Notes: generated by a model not told the origin, from the sequence alone. 62,425 bases of DNA, filler included, from Stramenopiles sp. TOSAG23-6 (GCA_900128565.1; 36 parts of 36 records of this genome joined end to end with filler, not necessarily neighbours in it), one strand, 5' to 3'. Positions 37,998-51,789 are shown, counted from the first letter of the whole stretch. Translations and numbers: made by a program.

Positions 37998-38464
37998 CAA
38001 TTTATTGTAGGAAAGCGAATCACTTTTGATGCAATCACATCAATTGAAAATACTGTATATATTGTACTATAGGTTATGTAAAAATTGATTGAAAATATGA
38101 AATAAAAAAAAGATATTTTTACAGATTTTTCTTTTTTTCTTTTTTGAATTATCAAAATTAACTGCAATTCATCATCACTCTTTAGAGAGAGATGGTAATC
38201 ATGGAGCATGTACGTTTCTATTTAAAAGAAGCAAATNNNNNNNNNNNNNNNNNNNNNNNNNNNNNNNNNNNNNNNNNNNNTTAATTAATTAANNNNNNNN
38301 NNNNNNNNNNNNNNNNNNNNNNNNNNNNNNNNNNNNATCTACGTTAAAACTTAAAAGTTAAAACACGTAGCCTAGTAGGTACAAAAAGTCAGTGTTTTTT
38401 GCATACGTACTCTCCTGTCCAACTCCAAAAAAAGTTATTGTATTCCCATGATGAATTAGATCAA

Positions 38465-39795
38465 ATGAATTTTTTTATAATAACCGCACTACTATTGTTT
38501 CTATTATTTACTTTACAAGGACGTTTTTTTCCACGTTCTGTTTCCACTACTGCTTCTTCTTTACGTCAAGATAGGCCAAACGTTAGTACAGTAGATTATC
38601 GAGTTCCTGCAAACAATGGAGTAGTTGGTGAGTTGCAAGCTTTATTATTTCGTGAAGCATGTGAACAGTATAATGCACCACTAGGCGCATTTTCAGAAGC
38701 GAAATATAAAATAGTTGCATCTTTCNNNNNNNNNNNNNNNNNNNNNNNNNNNNNAACTATAGTAATCATGTTTAATACATATTTAGACTTCTTCAGAGGC
38801 CTCGCTCTGAGCAACAAAGCAGATATTGACTGTCACAAGATCAGAAATTATATAGAGATTTTTCAACATGAGAGAGAAAAGATAATTGACAGGAAAGATA
38901 GAATTGTGCTCTTTAATGAAATAAATTTTGAAGCAAATGATTTGCCAAGAAATGTGCCAGTGGAAAAGTTAAACAATTTAAAACACTTAAGACATATAGT
39001 TTACCCTTTGATTTTTGAATTAAGTAAAGTTGTTCAATTATCAGATGAAGACGAATGTTGGAAACCTTATCGCTGTGATACGACAGCTGTCTTTTGGTAT
39101 TATATTTTTACTGGTGTTCGTCTCTATGACTCTGCAGAATGTCAGTGGTGTCTTGAAGAATATCAAGCTTCGATTGATATACCCATGGACCAAGCTTGGA
39201 ACAAAATATTGCTGTCCGCGGATCGTCAAAGGGGGCATTTCTTTCAAGAGAAATTATGTACCCAAACGAGTCTCTTCCCCAAGTAACAGATTGGCGTCTT
39301 TGGAGTGAGTTAAAACAAGAACTTCAAAGACTAGTCATTGGTAATACAATTTCGATACGTGCATGGAGTCGATTATTCACTAAAAAGAAACGCTGTATTC
39401 CTCGGTCAACATTAAGTGCTATTCACCATGCCTTTGCACCCTTTGAGGTTGGTGCGCAAACAATGCGTACAATGCGCGTTCGAATGCATTTTCAATTTGC
39501 ATTGAATAATTTGCTATTTACTATAAGCGGTTTGCAACCAAAGGTTAGAGTGGAAACTATTATAGAGAATAGTCCAGTATTATTGCAAAATCACGAATTA
39601 TCAGGTATGAATGATGTACATTTTTGCTCCGAAAAACTTGGAATACTTCAAAGAGTTGAACAAGAATACCGAATACTACGATCAAATTTGGAATTTGAAA
39701 GAGTCAATGCTCATAGCGAAGTAATACCATTAGGAATGTCACTTGTCGAAGCACTAGAAAAAGGAATGACTACAGATTACGCTAAGGATATTTAG
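38465..39795 (+). CDS. Hypothetical protein (gap and probable frameshift)
   Basis: Overlapping long ORFs 38399-39286 and 39196-39795. Confidence 0.45.
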
Positions 39796-40069
39796 TTGAT
39801 AATGTTGAATGTCTTAATACGTTGTACTTAAAATTCCTTTTGATTATTTTGAAAAATTGTTGGGTCGTAGGGTTAGGGCTAATTGTTGGGTCGTACAAAA
39901 AGGAAAAAGAAAAAGTGCTTTTGTGTTCACTTATTCTTACGTATGCTAGATCTACTGTACTATATACGTNNNNNNNNNNNNNNNNNNNNNNNNNNNNNNN
40001 NNNNNNNNNNNNNTTAATTAATTAANNNNNNNNNNNNNNNNNNNNNNNNNNNNNNNNNNNNNNNNNNNN

Positions 40070-41075
40070 GTAAGACTACAAATCATCGGGTAAGTAAATG
40101 CCACAAAAAGTACCAAAATCTTTGTTCCATTTTGTCTTGTCATGATTTTTGGAATAATAAGATGGATAATCAAAACACATAGAAGAAGAAACCATGGTGC
40201 ACAATTTAAGATAATAAATTGTTGAGGTAATGTTAGTCTAATGACACATGTAGTGTGAAAAATATTTCAAAAAAAATCATGAAAAAAAAAATCGTTAGGT
40301 ACAAAATTACGTACGAAAAAAAAAATTAGATAAAAAATTAAAAATAGTACAACAAACATGACAATGTCATAGATCCAAACTTCCCAAAAGATCCAACACT
40401 TAGATATCCGAAAAAATCAAAGAACTGGTAATACAAGTCTAATAACGTTTTTGTTACCACATATATTTTGGAAAAATATTTCAAAAAATTTTTTTTCCGT
40501 AAAAAAAAAAAAATTTTTTGGGAAAAAATTTTTTTTTTTCGTAAAAAAAAAAAAAAAAATGTAGACAATTTTTCCAAAAAAAAAAAAAAAAGTAAAACAT
40601 ATATTTGTTGTACTGATTCCAAAATTAACATCTGATAATGTTTTTGCTTGTGAATATTGAAAAACTATTTTAAAAATAACAGCGAAATTTTCATAAAAGT
40701 CTTTCAAAATCCACTTTCCATGAATTCGATTAATTGTTTTGTTTCTATCCTCCGACATTTCATTTATTATTTTCATGTATTTTGGAAAAATATTTCAAAA
40801 AATTTTTACGAAAAAAAAAATTTGTTAGGTACAAAAATTTTTTACCAAAAAAAAAAAAAAAAATAAATAAAATATACATAATTTTTCGTGCTTTCCATCT
40901 GTAAATTCCAACAATTACGGACAAGACTAACAAAACAATAATTGAAAAAATAATTAATCCTATCTTGATGTTCTCTTCTGATTCACAATCATAACACACT
41001 CCCCAATGTATATACATATCTGGAAAAAACACTTTGTTACCAAGCTTACAGAGATGACACAATGTATTGTGAAAA

Positions 41076-41115
<40 letters not shown>

Positions 41116-41701
41116 AAATTTTTGAAACAAAAATTTTTTTTTTTTCGAAAAATTTTTTATTTTTTTTTTTGTAATTCATGATGCAAACGTACATGGCCCC
41201 TCATAGTTTTCATGACACATTGTCCATACGTTTACCATATTTTTTATTTGTTTTTCATCTTCCATCAGTGTTTCTTTAACGGTAGGGTTTTTGTCTCTTT
41301 CTTCCATTACATTTTGAACATTTTGAACATTTTGTTTGTGGGTGGGTTCTTTAGGGTTAGGGTTGGGTTCTAATAATTTCCTAGATGGATTAGGGTTAGG
41401 ATTTTGTAGATTCTGTGTGAGATTACACCCCAAGCCACGATTTTCTAATGTTTGACACCTAATTAATGATAAAACTTGTATTGGTTCTGTGGGAGATGTA
41501 CTTGATATTTCTTTATCAAATTCAATATATGGTTTTCTATTTAGACTGTCATCAAGTAAAGACTTTCGTATAGATTCTAATTGCCAATGTTCGGAATCGA
41601 TTTGCATATGAATTAATTCTGTTCTTTCATTTTCACATAATGCACCCTCTGGACATCGTATACATCGAACACCCAAATTAAGGGAGTTGTATTCATCATT
41701 G
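40070..41701 (-). CDS. Cys-rich multi-pass membrane protein fragment; family introns 41062-41192, 40775-40877, 40461-40602 and 40248-40357
   Basis: CIRCPEGALC, MCHENYEGP/LCHLC, then TM helices and KIVFQYSQ; all four junctions restore frame. Confidence 0.7.
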
Positions 41702-41885
41702 NNNNNNNNNNNNNNNNNNNNNNNNNNNNNNNNNNNNNNNNNNNNTTAATTAATTAANNNNNNNNNNNNNNNNNNNNNNNNNNNNNNNNNNNNNNNNNNN
41801 NACAAAACAAATCATATATGCAAAGATGCAAAGATTGCATATATATCTAGATGTGTACTGTAAAGCATTCATAGTTACAACGTAC

Positions 41886-42910
41886 AAGTCGATCACCAGT
41901 GAGAGAATCAGCACCACATTGAAGAACTATTGCTCCAGGGGCGTATCGATCCATAATAACTTGAATGACTGGACGAAAAACTGACACAAATGTTTCATCA
42001 TCCATACCATCTTTTAACGGGAAATTGACAGAATATCCCTTACCATCAGCATAACCAAAATCTTTGACATCACCAGTCCCAGGGAAATAATCACCAAATT
42101 TATGAAAGGAGCAGGTCATGTAATTTGGAAAAANNNNNNNNNNNNNNNNNNNNNNNNNNNNNNNNNNNNNNNNNNNNTCAAGAATGGCCAATACACAATC
42201 ATTGACATAACAAAATCCTGAGGCTTCACTTTTTTTTGCGTGATGTAAACCCCCAGCCCAATTTACACAAATGTCAGATCGTTCACTATTTAGTCTTATA
42301 GCACCTCCAATAGAACCAGAAGTATAAATCTGACAAAACTCAAAGAGACCATCAAATACAGGACAATCTTCTCCAACATTAAACCGTTGCAATTGTCGTA
42401 AATACTCCCCTGCAGTGTATAAAAATAGAAAAAAGAAGATTCAAGTTAAAAACAGGAATTTCACGACAAATGGGTAATAGTATTGAAGAAGAATACTTTT
42501 TATGAAATTGATGTAATCATCCGAGTGAAAAGTTGTCATTTGACTTGGCGTCGCAAGCTGTGGGCGGAAGACTTCCATCTTTTTATATAGTCCGTAATTT
42601 ACTACTAGATTGTGAGTCATTCGTACACGATGTGGCTTCATAGGATGACCTCTGTATTTTGGAATATAAACAAAACAAGGTTTAGACTGAGTATACATAA
42701 AATCAATTCAAAATAAAATTTTGGTGGACATGATTGAGGGGAAAAAGAAAAGCTACACTCCATTTCAGTGAAGCGGTAAAAAGAATACATCTCTGAAGAA
42801 TGTTTTGCATATATAACGTACTGACCATAATGAAAGTTTCCTACATCACAATCAAAAAAGTATGACACACGGCGTTTCGATCTGTTTGTACCATAATCTA
42901 TTCCACTCAT
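41886..42910 (-). CDS. HDAC1: Class I histone deacetylase (RPD3/HDAC1-like); GT-AG introns 42652-42821 and 42410-42496
   Basis: [68 protein letters not shown]. Confidence 0.95.
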
Positions 42911-43074
42911 TGTCGCACTATATAATCCTACGTAATATGTTGTTAGTACGTGTGCGCGATATGTCTCCACACGAGGGGAGGGACAGCAACTTGGATTTTT
43001 GAGTTCTCTCATTCTCCTTTTATTCGACAACACGAAATATCATTCGATTATCATTGATTTTTTTTGAAGAGGGT

Positions 43075-43105
<31 letters not shown>

Positions 43106-43214
43106 NNNNNNNNNNNNNNNNNNNNNNNNCAATGTTCAACGTGATCAACAAAACTTTGGCATAGTACTAAATACTACGTACTATTTAATATTATTATAGA
43201 GATATTGTTTTACA

Positions 43215-43432
43215 ATGGCAACTAGAAGAGGTTCTAAAGCTCCAGACCCGACCAAAGTACCCGCTATAGTGGAGCCTACATTTCTTGGTGAAACAGTACC
43301 GTCTGTTGTTCGAAGTCTCGTTCCCATTTTGCATTCCCTGTCGGTTGAAAAATTATCTGTGACTCTTCGTGGTGCTCTCAAATATTTACGTGATGGTAAT
43401 TTGTTTTCACTAGAAGAACTAAATGCTCTAGA
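43215..43432 (+). CDS. COMM-domain protein (COMMD5-like) N-terminus
   Basis: PTFLGETVPSVVRSLVPILHSL resembles COMMD5 FLGAQLPPEV; divergent from HDAC. Confidence 0.5.
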
Positions 43433-43585
43433 NNNNNNNNNNNNNNNNNNNNNNNNNNNNNNNNNNNNNNNNNNNNTTAATTAATTAANNNNNNNNNNNN
43501 NNNNNNNNNNNNNNNNNNNNNNNNNNNNNNNNTGTACCTAACGATTTTTTTTAGATTTTTTTTGAAATATTTTTCCAAAATACAT

Positions 43586-45138
43586 GCTTCCAAAACCACT
43601 TGTGATTAGATCAACTTCAAAGTTACAGCTTCAAGCGAAGGATGAGAATTCTTTGTTTTCTGTAACAATTACTGATATTTTTAATTCTCCAGTTGAAAAA
43701 TGCCGAGTTACTTTGTATGTTTTCATCATGAATTTTTTTTTTCATACAAAATTTTGTACCTAACAAAATTTTTTTTTTTTTTTTAAATTTATATTTTTTT
43801 ACAATACTGGAGTGCATTTCGCGTGAAGGAATATTTACTCGAAGAAGTTCCCATGTCTTTGAAAGGTAATTCAAAATCTGTGTACGAATACAATTTCTTG
43901 TCTGCTAATCCAGATATTGGGTTATTCGATCTTGATATAAAAATCACACCATTAGATGAAGACAGTCCTATTATTGTGCCACGTGTCATTATGTACGTTT
44001 TCATCCTTCATTGTACATTTTAAAATGTATTTTTAAAATGTATTTTTAAAATTTTTTTTTTAAATGTATTTTTAAAATGTATTTTTAAAATGTATTTTTA
44101 AAATGTATTTTCAATTTCGATTTTGTTGTACTGTGAAAATTTTTCTTCCTCACGAGTTTTCGAATTTGGTGTAATTCTTTATGATGCATGATTACAACTT
44201 CAGTATCGGTAGAAGAAGTTACTATTTGGGTGGATCGAACCGAGACTTCAAGATATGTACGTTTTCATTATTTTTTTTGCCTTTTTTTTTTTTTCGTACG
44301 ACATTTTGTACCTAAGAACAAAAATCTTGTACTATTTTTTCACAATACATCCTTCTGGTAAAGATAAAAAGATTACAGCATTGTCTCCAAATGCAGTCGA
44401 TTCAGTGTTGAATGTAGACATAAATGAAGTTTTGCATGTCATGTTTGAACCTCTTTCTGCAACAAGTGGTGATACAATAAATCCACATCAAGCATTTCTT
44501 AAAATTCAACACAAGGCATCGAATGTTGATACAATTTTTGTGGCTGTGGCGAATGAAGTTGATGGGAAATACACTATTTCTTGCCCTATTAATGATATTG
44601 ACGCTTGGAAGTCGACTTCAGGTCTTCATTCTTTGACACTCTACATCGGAGATCCGAAATTGAATCAATTTTTCGAATGGCAATTTGCTAAAGTTAACTT
44701 GACATTACAAGAAAAAGTTGTACCAGAATTGTGTACGTTTTCAAAATTGAATTTCGAATTTATTTATTTTTTCGTAAAAACAATTTTGTGTCTAACAAAT
44801 GTCGAATGTAAAATATACTTTCACAAAATATCCTTATATACGAGATCTCTTCTTCATGTACGTTTTCATTATTCATTTCAAATTTATTTATTTTTTTTCA
44901 TACGAAATTTTCTAAGTAAGAAATTGAATTGTTTTTTTGAGTTTTTATTCGATACGTTTTTCATTATTCATTTTTTATTTATATTTGTTTTTGTATTTTT
45001 TATTCTTATAATTTTATTTTTTGTATTTATTAAAAGTTGTATCAAAATTACAAAACTAACAAATTTTATTATAGAAACATATTTTGTACAAAATATCATA
45101 CAGACACAACCCTTATCGCCCTTCCTGAAATTAGTCAT
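43586..45138 (+). CDS. RPN2: Oligosaccharyltransferase subunit ribophorin II fragment, six exons separated by family introns
   Basis: PHQAFLKIQH, SGLHSLTLYIGD, LYTRSLLH/TDTTLIALPEISH. Introns 43715-43809, 43993-44189, 44257-44350, 44733-44831, 44858-45096. Confidence 0.85.
43715..43809 (+). other. Family intron, GT-TG termini
   Basis: ACT TT|GTATG...CAATACTG|G AGT GCA is the in-register, frame-restoring junction. Confidence 0.65.
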
Positions 45139-48100
45139 GTACGTTTTATTTTTTTTTCAATTNNNNNNNNNNNNNNNNNNNNNNNNNNNNNNNNNNNNNN
45201 NNNNNNTTAATTAATTAANNNNNNNNNNNNNNNNNNNNNNNNNNNNNNNNNNNNNNNNNNNNTGTACCTAACGATTTTTTTTAGATTTTTTTTGAAATAT
45301 TTTTCCAAAATACATGCTTCCAAAACCACTTGTGATTAGATCAACTTCAAAGTTACAGCTTCAAGCGAAGGATGAGAATTCTTTGTTTTCTGTAACAATT
45401 ACTGATATTTTTAATTCTCCAGTTGAAAAATGCCGAGTTACTTTGTATGTTTTCATCATGAATTTTTTTTTTCATACAAAATTTTGTACCTAACAAAATT
45501 TTTTTTTTTTTTTTAAATTTATATTTTTTTACAATACTGGAGTGCATTTCGCGTGAAGGAATATTTACTCGAAGAAGTTCCCATGTCTTTGAAAGGTAAT
45601 TCAAAATCTGTGTACGAATACAATTTCTTGTCTGCTAATCCAGATATTGGGTTATTCGATCTTGATATAAAAATCACACCATTAGATGAAGACAGTCCTA
45701 TTATTGTGCCACGTGTCATTATGTACGTTTTCATCCTTCATTGTACATTTTAAAATGTATTTTTAAAATGTATTTTTAAAATTTTTTTTTTAAATGTATT
45801 TTTAAAATGTATTTTTAAAATGTATTTTTAAAATGTATTTTCAATTTCGATTTTGTTGTACTGTGAAAATTTTTCTTCCTCACGAGTTTTCGAATTTGGT
45901 GTAATTCTTTATGATGCATGATTACAACTTCAGTATCGGTAGAAGAAGTTACTATTTGGGTGGATCGAACCGAGACTTCAAGATATGTACGTTTTCATTA
46001 TTTTTTTTGCCTTTTTTTTTTTTTCGTACGACATTTTGTACCTAAGAACAAAAATCTTGTACTATTTTTTCACAATACATCCTTCTGGTAAAGATAAAAA
46101 GATTACAGCATTGTCTCCAAATGCAGTCGATTCAGTGTTGAATGTAGACATAAATGAAGTTTTGCATGTCATGTTTGAACCTCTTTCTGCAACAAGTGGT
46201 GATACAATAAATCCACATCAAGCATTTCTTAAAATTCAACACAAGGCATCGAATGTTGATACAATTTTTGTGGCTGTGGCGAATGAAGTTGATGGGAAAT
46301 ACACTATTTCTTGCCCTATTAATGATATTGACGCTTGGAAGTCGACTTCAGGTCTTCATTCTTTGACACTCTACATCGGAGATCCGAAATTGAATCAATT
46401 TTTCGAATGGCAATTTGCTAAAGTTAACTTGACATTACAAGAAAAAGTTGTACCAGAATTGTGTACGTTTTCAAAATTGAATTTCGAATTTATTTATTTT
46501 TTCGTAAAAACAATTTTGTGTCTAACAAATGTCGAATGTAAAATATACTTTCACAAAATATCCTTATATACGAGATCTCTTCTTCATGTACGTTTTCATT
46601 ATTCATTTCAAATTTATTTATTTTTTTTCATACGAAATTTTCTAAGTAAGAAATTGAATTGTTTTTTTGAGTTTTTATTCGATACGTTTTTCATTATTCA
46701 TTTTTTATTTATATTTGTTTTTGTATTTTTTATTCTTATAATTTTATTTTTTGTATTTATTAAAAGTTGTATCAAAATTACAAAACTAACAAATTTTATT
46801 ATAGAAACATATTTTGTACAAAATATCATACAGACACAACCCTTATCGCCCTTCCTGAAATTAGTCATGTACGTTTTATTTTTTTTTCAATTNNNNNNNN
46901 NNNNNNNNNNNNNNNNNNNNNNNNNNNNNNNNNNNNTTAATTAATTAANNNNNNNNNNNNNNNNNNNNNNNNNNNNNNNNNNNNNNNNNNNNTGTACCTA
47001 ACGATTTTTTTTAGATTTTTTTTGAAATATTTTTCCAAAATACATGCTTCCAAAACCACTTGTGATTAGATCAACTTCAAAGTTACAGCTTCAAGCGAAG
47101 GATGAGAATTCTTTGTTTTCTGTAACAATTACTGATATTTTTAATTCTCCAGTTGAAAAATGCCGAGTTACTTTGTATGTTTTCATCATGAATTTTTTTT
47201 TTCATACAAAATTTTGTACCTAACAAAATTTTTTTTTTTTTTTTAAATTTATATTTTTTTACAATACTGGAGTGCATTTCGCGTGAAGGAATATTTACTC
47301 GAAGAAGTTCCCATGTCTTTGAAAGGTAATTCAAAATCTGTGTACGAATACAATTTCTTGTCTGCTAATCCAGATATTGGGTTATTCGATCTTGATATAA
47401 AAATCACACCATTAGATGAAGACAGTCCTATTATTGTGCCACGTGTCATTATGTACGTTTTCATCCTTCATTGTACATTTTAAAATGTATTTTTAAAATG
47501 TATTTTTAAAATTTTTTTTTTAAATGTATTTTTAAAATGTATTTTTAAAATGTATTTTTAAAATGTATTTTCAATTTCGATTTTGTTGTACTGTGAAAAT
47601 TTTTCTTCCTCACGAGTTTTCGAATTTGGTGTAATTCTTTATGATGCATGATTACAACTTCAGTATCGGTAGAAGAAGTTACTATTTGGGTGGATCGAAC
47701 CGAGACTTCAAGATATGTACGTTTTCATTATTTTTTTTGCCTTTTTTTTTTTTTCGTACGACATTTTGTACCTAAGAACAAAAATCTTGTACTATTTTTT
47801 CACAATACATCCTTCTGGTAAAGATAAAAAGATTACAGCATTGTCTCCAAATGCAGTCGATTCAGTGTTGAATGTAGACATAAATGAAGTTTTGCATGTC
47901 ATGTTTGAACCTCTTTCTGCAACAAGTGGTGATACAATAAATCCACATCAAGCATTTCTTAAAATTCAACACAAGGCATCGAATGTTGATACAATTTTTG
48001 TGGCTGTGGCGAATGAAGTTGATGGGAAATACACTATTTCTTGCCCTATTAATGATATTGACGCTTGGAAGTCGACTTCAGGTCTTCATTCTTTGACACT

Positions 48101-48773
48101 CTACATCGGAGATCCGAAATTGAATCAATTTTTCGAATGGCAATTTGCTAAAGTTAACTTGACATTACAAGAAAAAGTTGTACCAGAATTGTGTACGTTT
48201 TCAAAATTGAATTTCGAATTTATTTATTTTTTCGTAAAAACAATTTTGTGTCTAACAAATGTCGAATGTAAAATATACTTTCACAAAATATCCTTATATA
48301 CGAGATCTCTTCTTCATGTACGTTTTCATTATTCATTTCAAATTTATTTATTTTTTTTCATACGAAATTTTCTAAGTAAGAAATTGAATTGTTTTTTTGA
48401 GTTTTTATTCGATACGTTTTTCATTATTCATTTTTTATTTATATTTGTTTTTGTATTTTTTATTCTTATAATTTTATTTTTTGTATTTATTAAAAGTTGT
48501 ATCAAAATTACAAAACTAACAAATTTTATTATAGAAACATATTTTGTACAAAATATCATACAGACACAACCCTTATCGCCCTTCCTGAAATTAGTCATGT
48601 ACGTTTTATTTTTTTTTCAATTNNNNNNNNNNNNNNNNNNNNNNNNNNNNNNNNNNNNNNNNNNNNTTAATTAATTAANNNNNNNNNNNNNNNNNNNNNN
48701 NNNNNNNNNNNNNNNNNNNNNNACAAAATTTCGTACGAAAAAAAATTCGAATTTGAAAAAAAATAAAACATAC

Positions 48774-48925
48774 ATGCCCACATCATTCCAAGTAATGGCA
48801 ATGCATCCGGAATGAGTCGAAATAGAGTGCGAAAAATTGACTGAAACCGATGAAACGAAAATACAACAAAGTATTTTGAAAAAATATTTTACATTTGAAA
48901 TTCGTTAGGTACAAAAAATATTTTG

Positions 48926-48956
<31 letters not shown>

Positions 48957-50261
48957 AATTTAAAAAATTCATGATGAAAAATGTACCGTCCAAATCGAGC
49001 AAGCCGTAAGACTAAAATAAACTGCAAATATCGTTGAGCAGAATCACCTTCTCCGTTTTTTTTCACATCGAGAAAAACAACAACAGCAATGAATTGCATA
49101 AAGCATACATGTATTGTAAAAAAAATTAAATTCGAAATTTGTTAGGTACAAAATTTTTATAAAAAACTAAAAAATTAAAAAAAAAAAATAAATTTGAAAT
49201 TCATAATGAAAACGTACGATGAAGTCTACAACATTTGCTCTGCTAGCAAAATATTTATGAAATCCAAGGACAGAATTCTTCAAAACCATTTCTACAATGT
49301 AAACAAGACAAAATGACAATTCAATAGCTGCAGAACTAAAATTAACATCTTGGTCTAATTCAAGAATTACAAACGTCGCATTTAGTAGAACAACCGTTAC
49401 CATGTATTTTGGAAAAATATTTCAAAATATTTTTTTCCGTAAAAAAAAAAAATTGTTAGGTACAAAATTTTTTTACCAAAAAAAAAAAAAATGTAGACAA
49501 AAAATTGAAAAAAAATAAAACATACATAATAGCTTCGAAAATCCAATGAAGGACAATAAAGCGTAGGAACCTTCTAGTACTTTGACACGGTGACCACAAA
49601 TCTGTCACAGCGGTATCAAGATCCATTAAAACACGAGATATATTATGAAAAATATTTTTTTTTTTTTTTTTTTTTACGAAAAAAAAAAAAATTGTTAGGT
49701 ACAGAATTTCCTATAAAAAAATATATAATTTGAAATTCATGATGAAAACGTACATGCACGATTCATATTTCTAATTGTTGTATATCTTTGGGTATTCGCA
49801 AATTGACTATAATCACTACTATTAGTATTTGTTACATCAGATGAATTTTTAAAATTTTTAGAATTTTCATCATATGAATTTTTAGAATTTTTAGAATTTT
49901 CATCATATGAATTTTTAAAATTTTTAGAATTTTCATCAGATGAATTTTTAGAAATTGTTTGATATGGTGGGATGTATAATCCATTTCTTCTTTCTTCATT
50001 GTATTTACGATTTCTCCTATTTTTATTTGTTTTGGTTCGATGAAAGCATTCCTCAATACAAAATACAAATTCATCAAACGATACGTAATGCTTTTGAGAC
50101 AATGACGAAACAGTATAACATTTATCATTTAATACATTTTTGCTTTCAAGATGGTTTTCATTTGTTTGTATATTTGATGAATATTTCATATTTATCATTT
50201 TGGTGTGTAAAATATCAAGAATAAATTTCTCTGGAGCTAAAATATTTGCATCTGCAGCTAC
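48774..50261 (-). CDS. Two-pore channel (TPC)-like fragment; family introns 49638-49753, 49402-49525, 49109-49217 and 48869-48986
   Basis: VYIVEMVLKNSVLGFHKYFASRANVVDFIV; FILVLRLARFGRVV; degenerate EF-hand VSFDEFV upstream. Confidence 0.8.
48869..48986 (-). other. Family intron, GT-TT termini
   Basis: GGA CG|GTACAT...AAAATACTT|T GTT GTA gives the S4 sequence RLARFGRVV. Confidence 0.75.
49109..49217 (-). other. Family intron, GT-AT termini
   Basis: GAC TTC ATC|GTACG...CAATACAT|GTA TGC gives DFIVC. Confidence 0.85.
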
Positions 50262-50319
50262 ATGTAATGTGTTTTTTTTTTCAAATTTATTTTTTTCTGT
50301 TAGGTACAAAATTTCATAC

Positions 50320-50352
<33 letters not shown>

Positions 50353-50452
50353 NNNNNNNNNNNNNNNNNNNNNNNNNNNNNNNNNNNNNNNNNNNNTTAA
50401 TTAATTAANNNNNNNNNNNNNNNNNNNNNNNNNNNNNNNNNNNNNNNNNNNN

Positions 50453-51789
50453 CGAATTGGGATCGTTTTTTAAGTGCTGCCAATAAAGTTGCGATAGTAA
50501 AATAGATGGTTCTTCTAACAAATATCTGCCTTTTTCAACAGACCAGCGTTTTGTTAGTTCTATATTTAAATTGAGATAATACTTTGCTTCTTCTACTTTA
50601 CCTGCATACACTGCAGATGCACCAAGACCTTGACGTGACATGTAGTTATCCGTCGGATACACAGCTATATTGGAACTCATCAATGAATTTTCGCTCGCCC
50701 AATCAGGATTTCTCAAATATGTTTGTGTNNNNNNNNNNNNNNNNNNNNNNNNNNNNNNNNNNNNNNNNNNNNNNNNNNNNNNNNNNNNNNNNNNNNNNNN
50801 NNNNNNNNNNNNNNNNNNNNNCAACAATTAGAATTACTGCCCCAATTGAGGGTAAAAATAAAGTACGTTCTGCAATAACAAATGCCACACTTGTAAGTAC
50901 ATGAGAAGATGGGAGATATGCTATTACCCCAATGGCAAATGCAAGCAGTCTGACATGCCGACGAGTGTATGCCTCTGAAAGAGTTTTTTTAATGGCAAAA
51001 AAAGATATAATCCAAACCGCCAGTGTTGCGAGATTTCGAATATCGTACATCTTTGTGACTAAGGGTAACGCAATATGCTCATGTGCTAACGGCATCAAGG
51101 GTGGATAGAATAACATAGCCACTGCGCGTGTTTGAACATGAGAAATAGCGACAAATTTTTCGAAAACTGTATTTAAATCACTCATTGGATTATGTAACCA
51201 GAGGNNNNNNNNNNNNNNNNNNNNNNNNNNNNNNNNNGCGAAAAATTAACAAACTGATTGCAAAAGTAGTTACACAAGAGCACCTAACTTTTGCTATCCG
51301 TATTGCCTCAATGCAATCAATGAAAAACTCTCTTATGAGTACAAGTATGCTTCGTGAGGAATTAAGGATAGATTCATTATCTGTTTGTGGTGTAGCATAA
51401 GCTAACTCAAAAGAAAGTAGAATAGCTGGTACAACAAGTGCGGTTTCTTTACTGACTACTCCAAGAATAATTAAGATAAAACAAGCAAGCACTGGCAGTA
51501 GTTGGTCAGTTGTTTTCATCGAAACAAGCACAAATTATTCAAATATCAATATTTGGGTTTCTTTTGACAACATTTGCAACACAAACATATTTGAGAAAAA
51601 TGCGGATAAAGTTTCTGCTCGAGATGTAACGTTAGAAACCACTTCAGAGTGAACAGGATGAACTGCAAACAGTATTGACGCTGCTCCAGCCCGACTCATT
51701 TCTTGCCTACCAAAAATAGCTGAAAAAAAGTATGCAGCCAGAAAAACAGTTGCAGCATGAATTAGTATATTAGTATAATGAAATTTCAT
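50453..51789 (-). CDS. TMTC-family protein O-mannosyltransferase fragment (frameshifts and gaps)
   Basis: FHYTNILIH; LFAVHPVHSEVVSNVTSRAETL; SKETA; FVIAERTLFLPSIG; TYLRNPDWASE. Confidence 0.88.

Larger units (their letters stand above)
43533..48622. repeat. Three identical copies of one 1630-bp scaffold (43533-45162, 45263-46892, 46993-48622)
   Basis: Identical ends and ORFs, separated only by linkers. Confidence 0.95.

Noticed and set aside
36604-38236. ECH1 and phosphagen kinase as a fusion or operon
   Set aside because: ECH1 ends in a stop and there is no room for the kinase 5' region; probably a mis-join through low-complexity intron sequence.
44255-45214. ORF-track peptides such as MYVLFFF, RTKFCT, YEILYLT and KYFSKIH as a protein motif
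   Set aside because: They are read-through translations of the intron family.
43533-48622. Triplicated ribophorin II as a gene amplification
   Set aside because: The three scaffolds have identical ends and are separated only by linkers, which indicates assembly redundancy.
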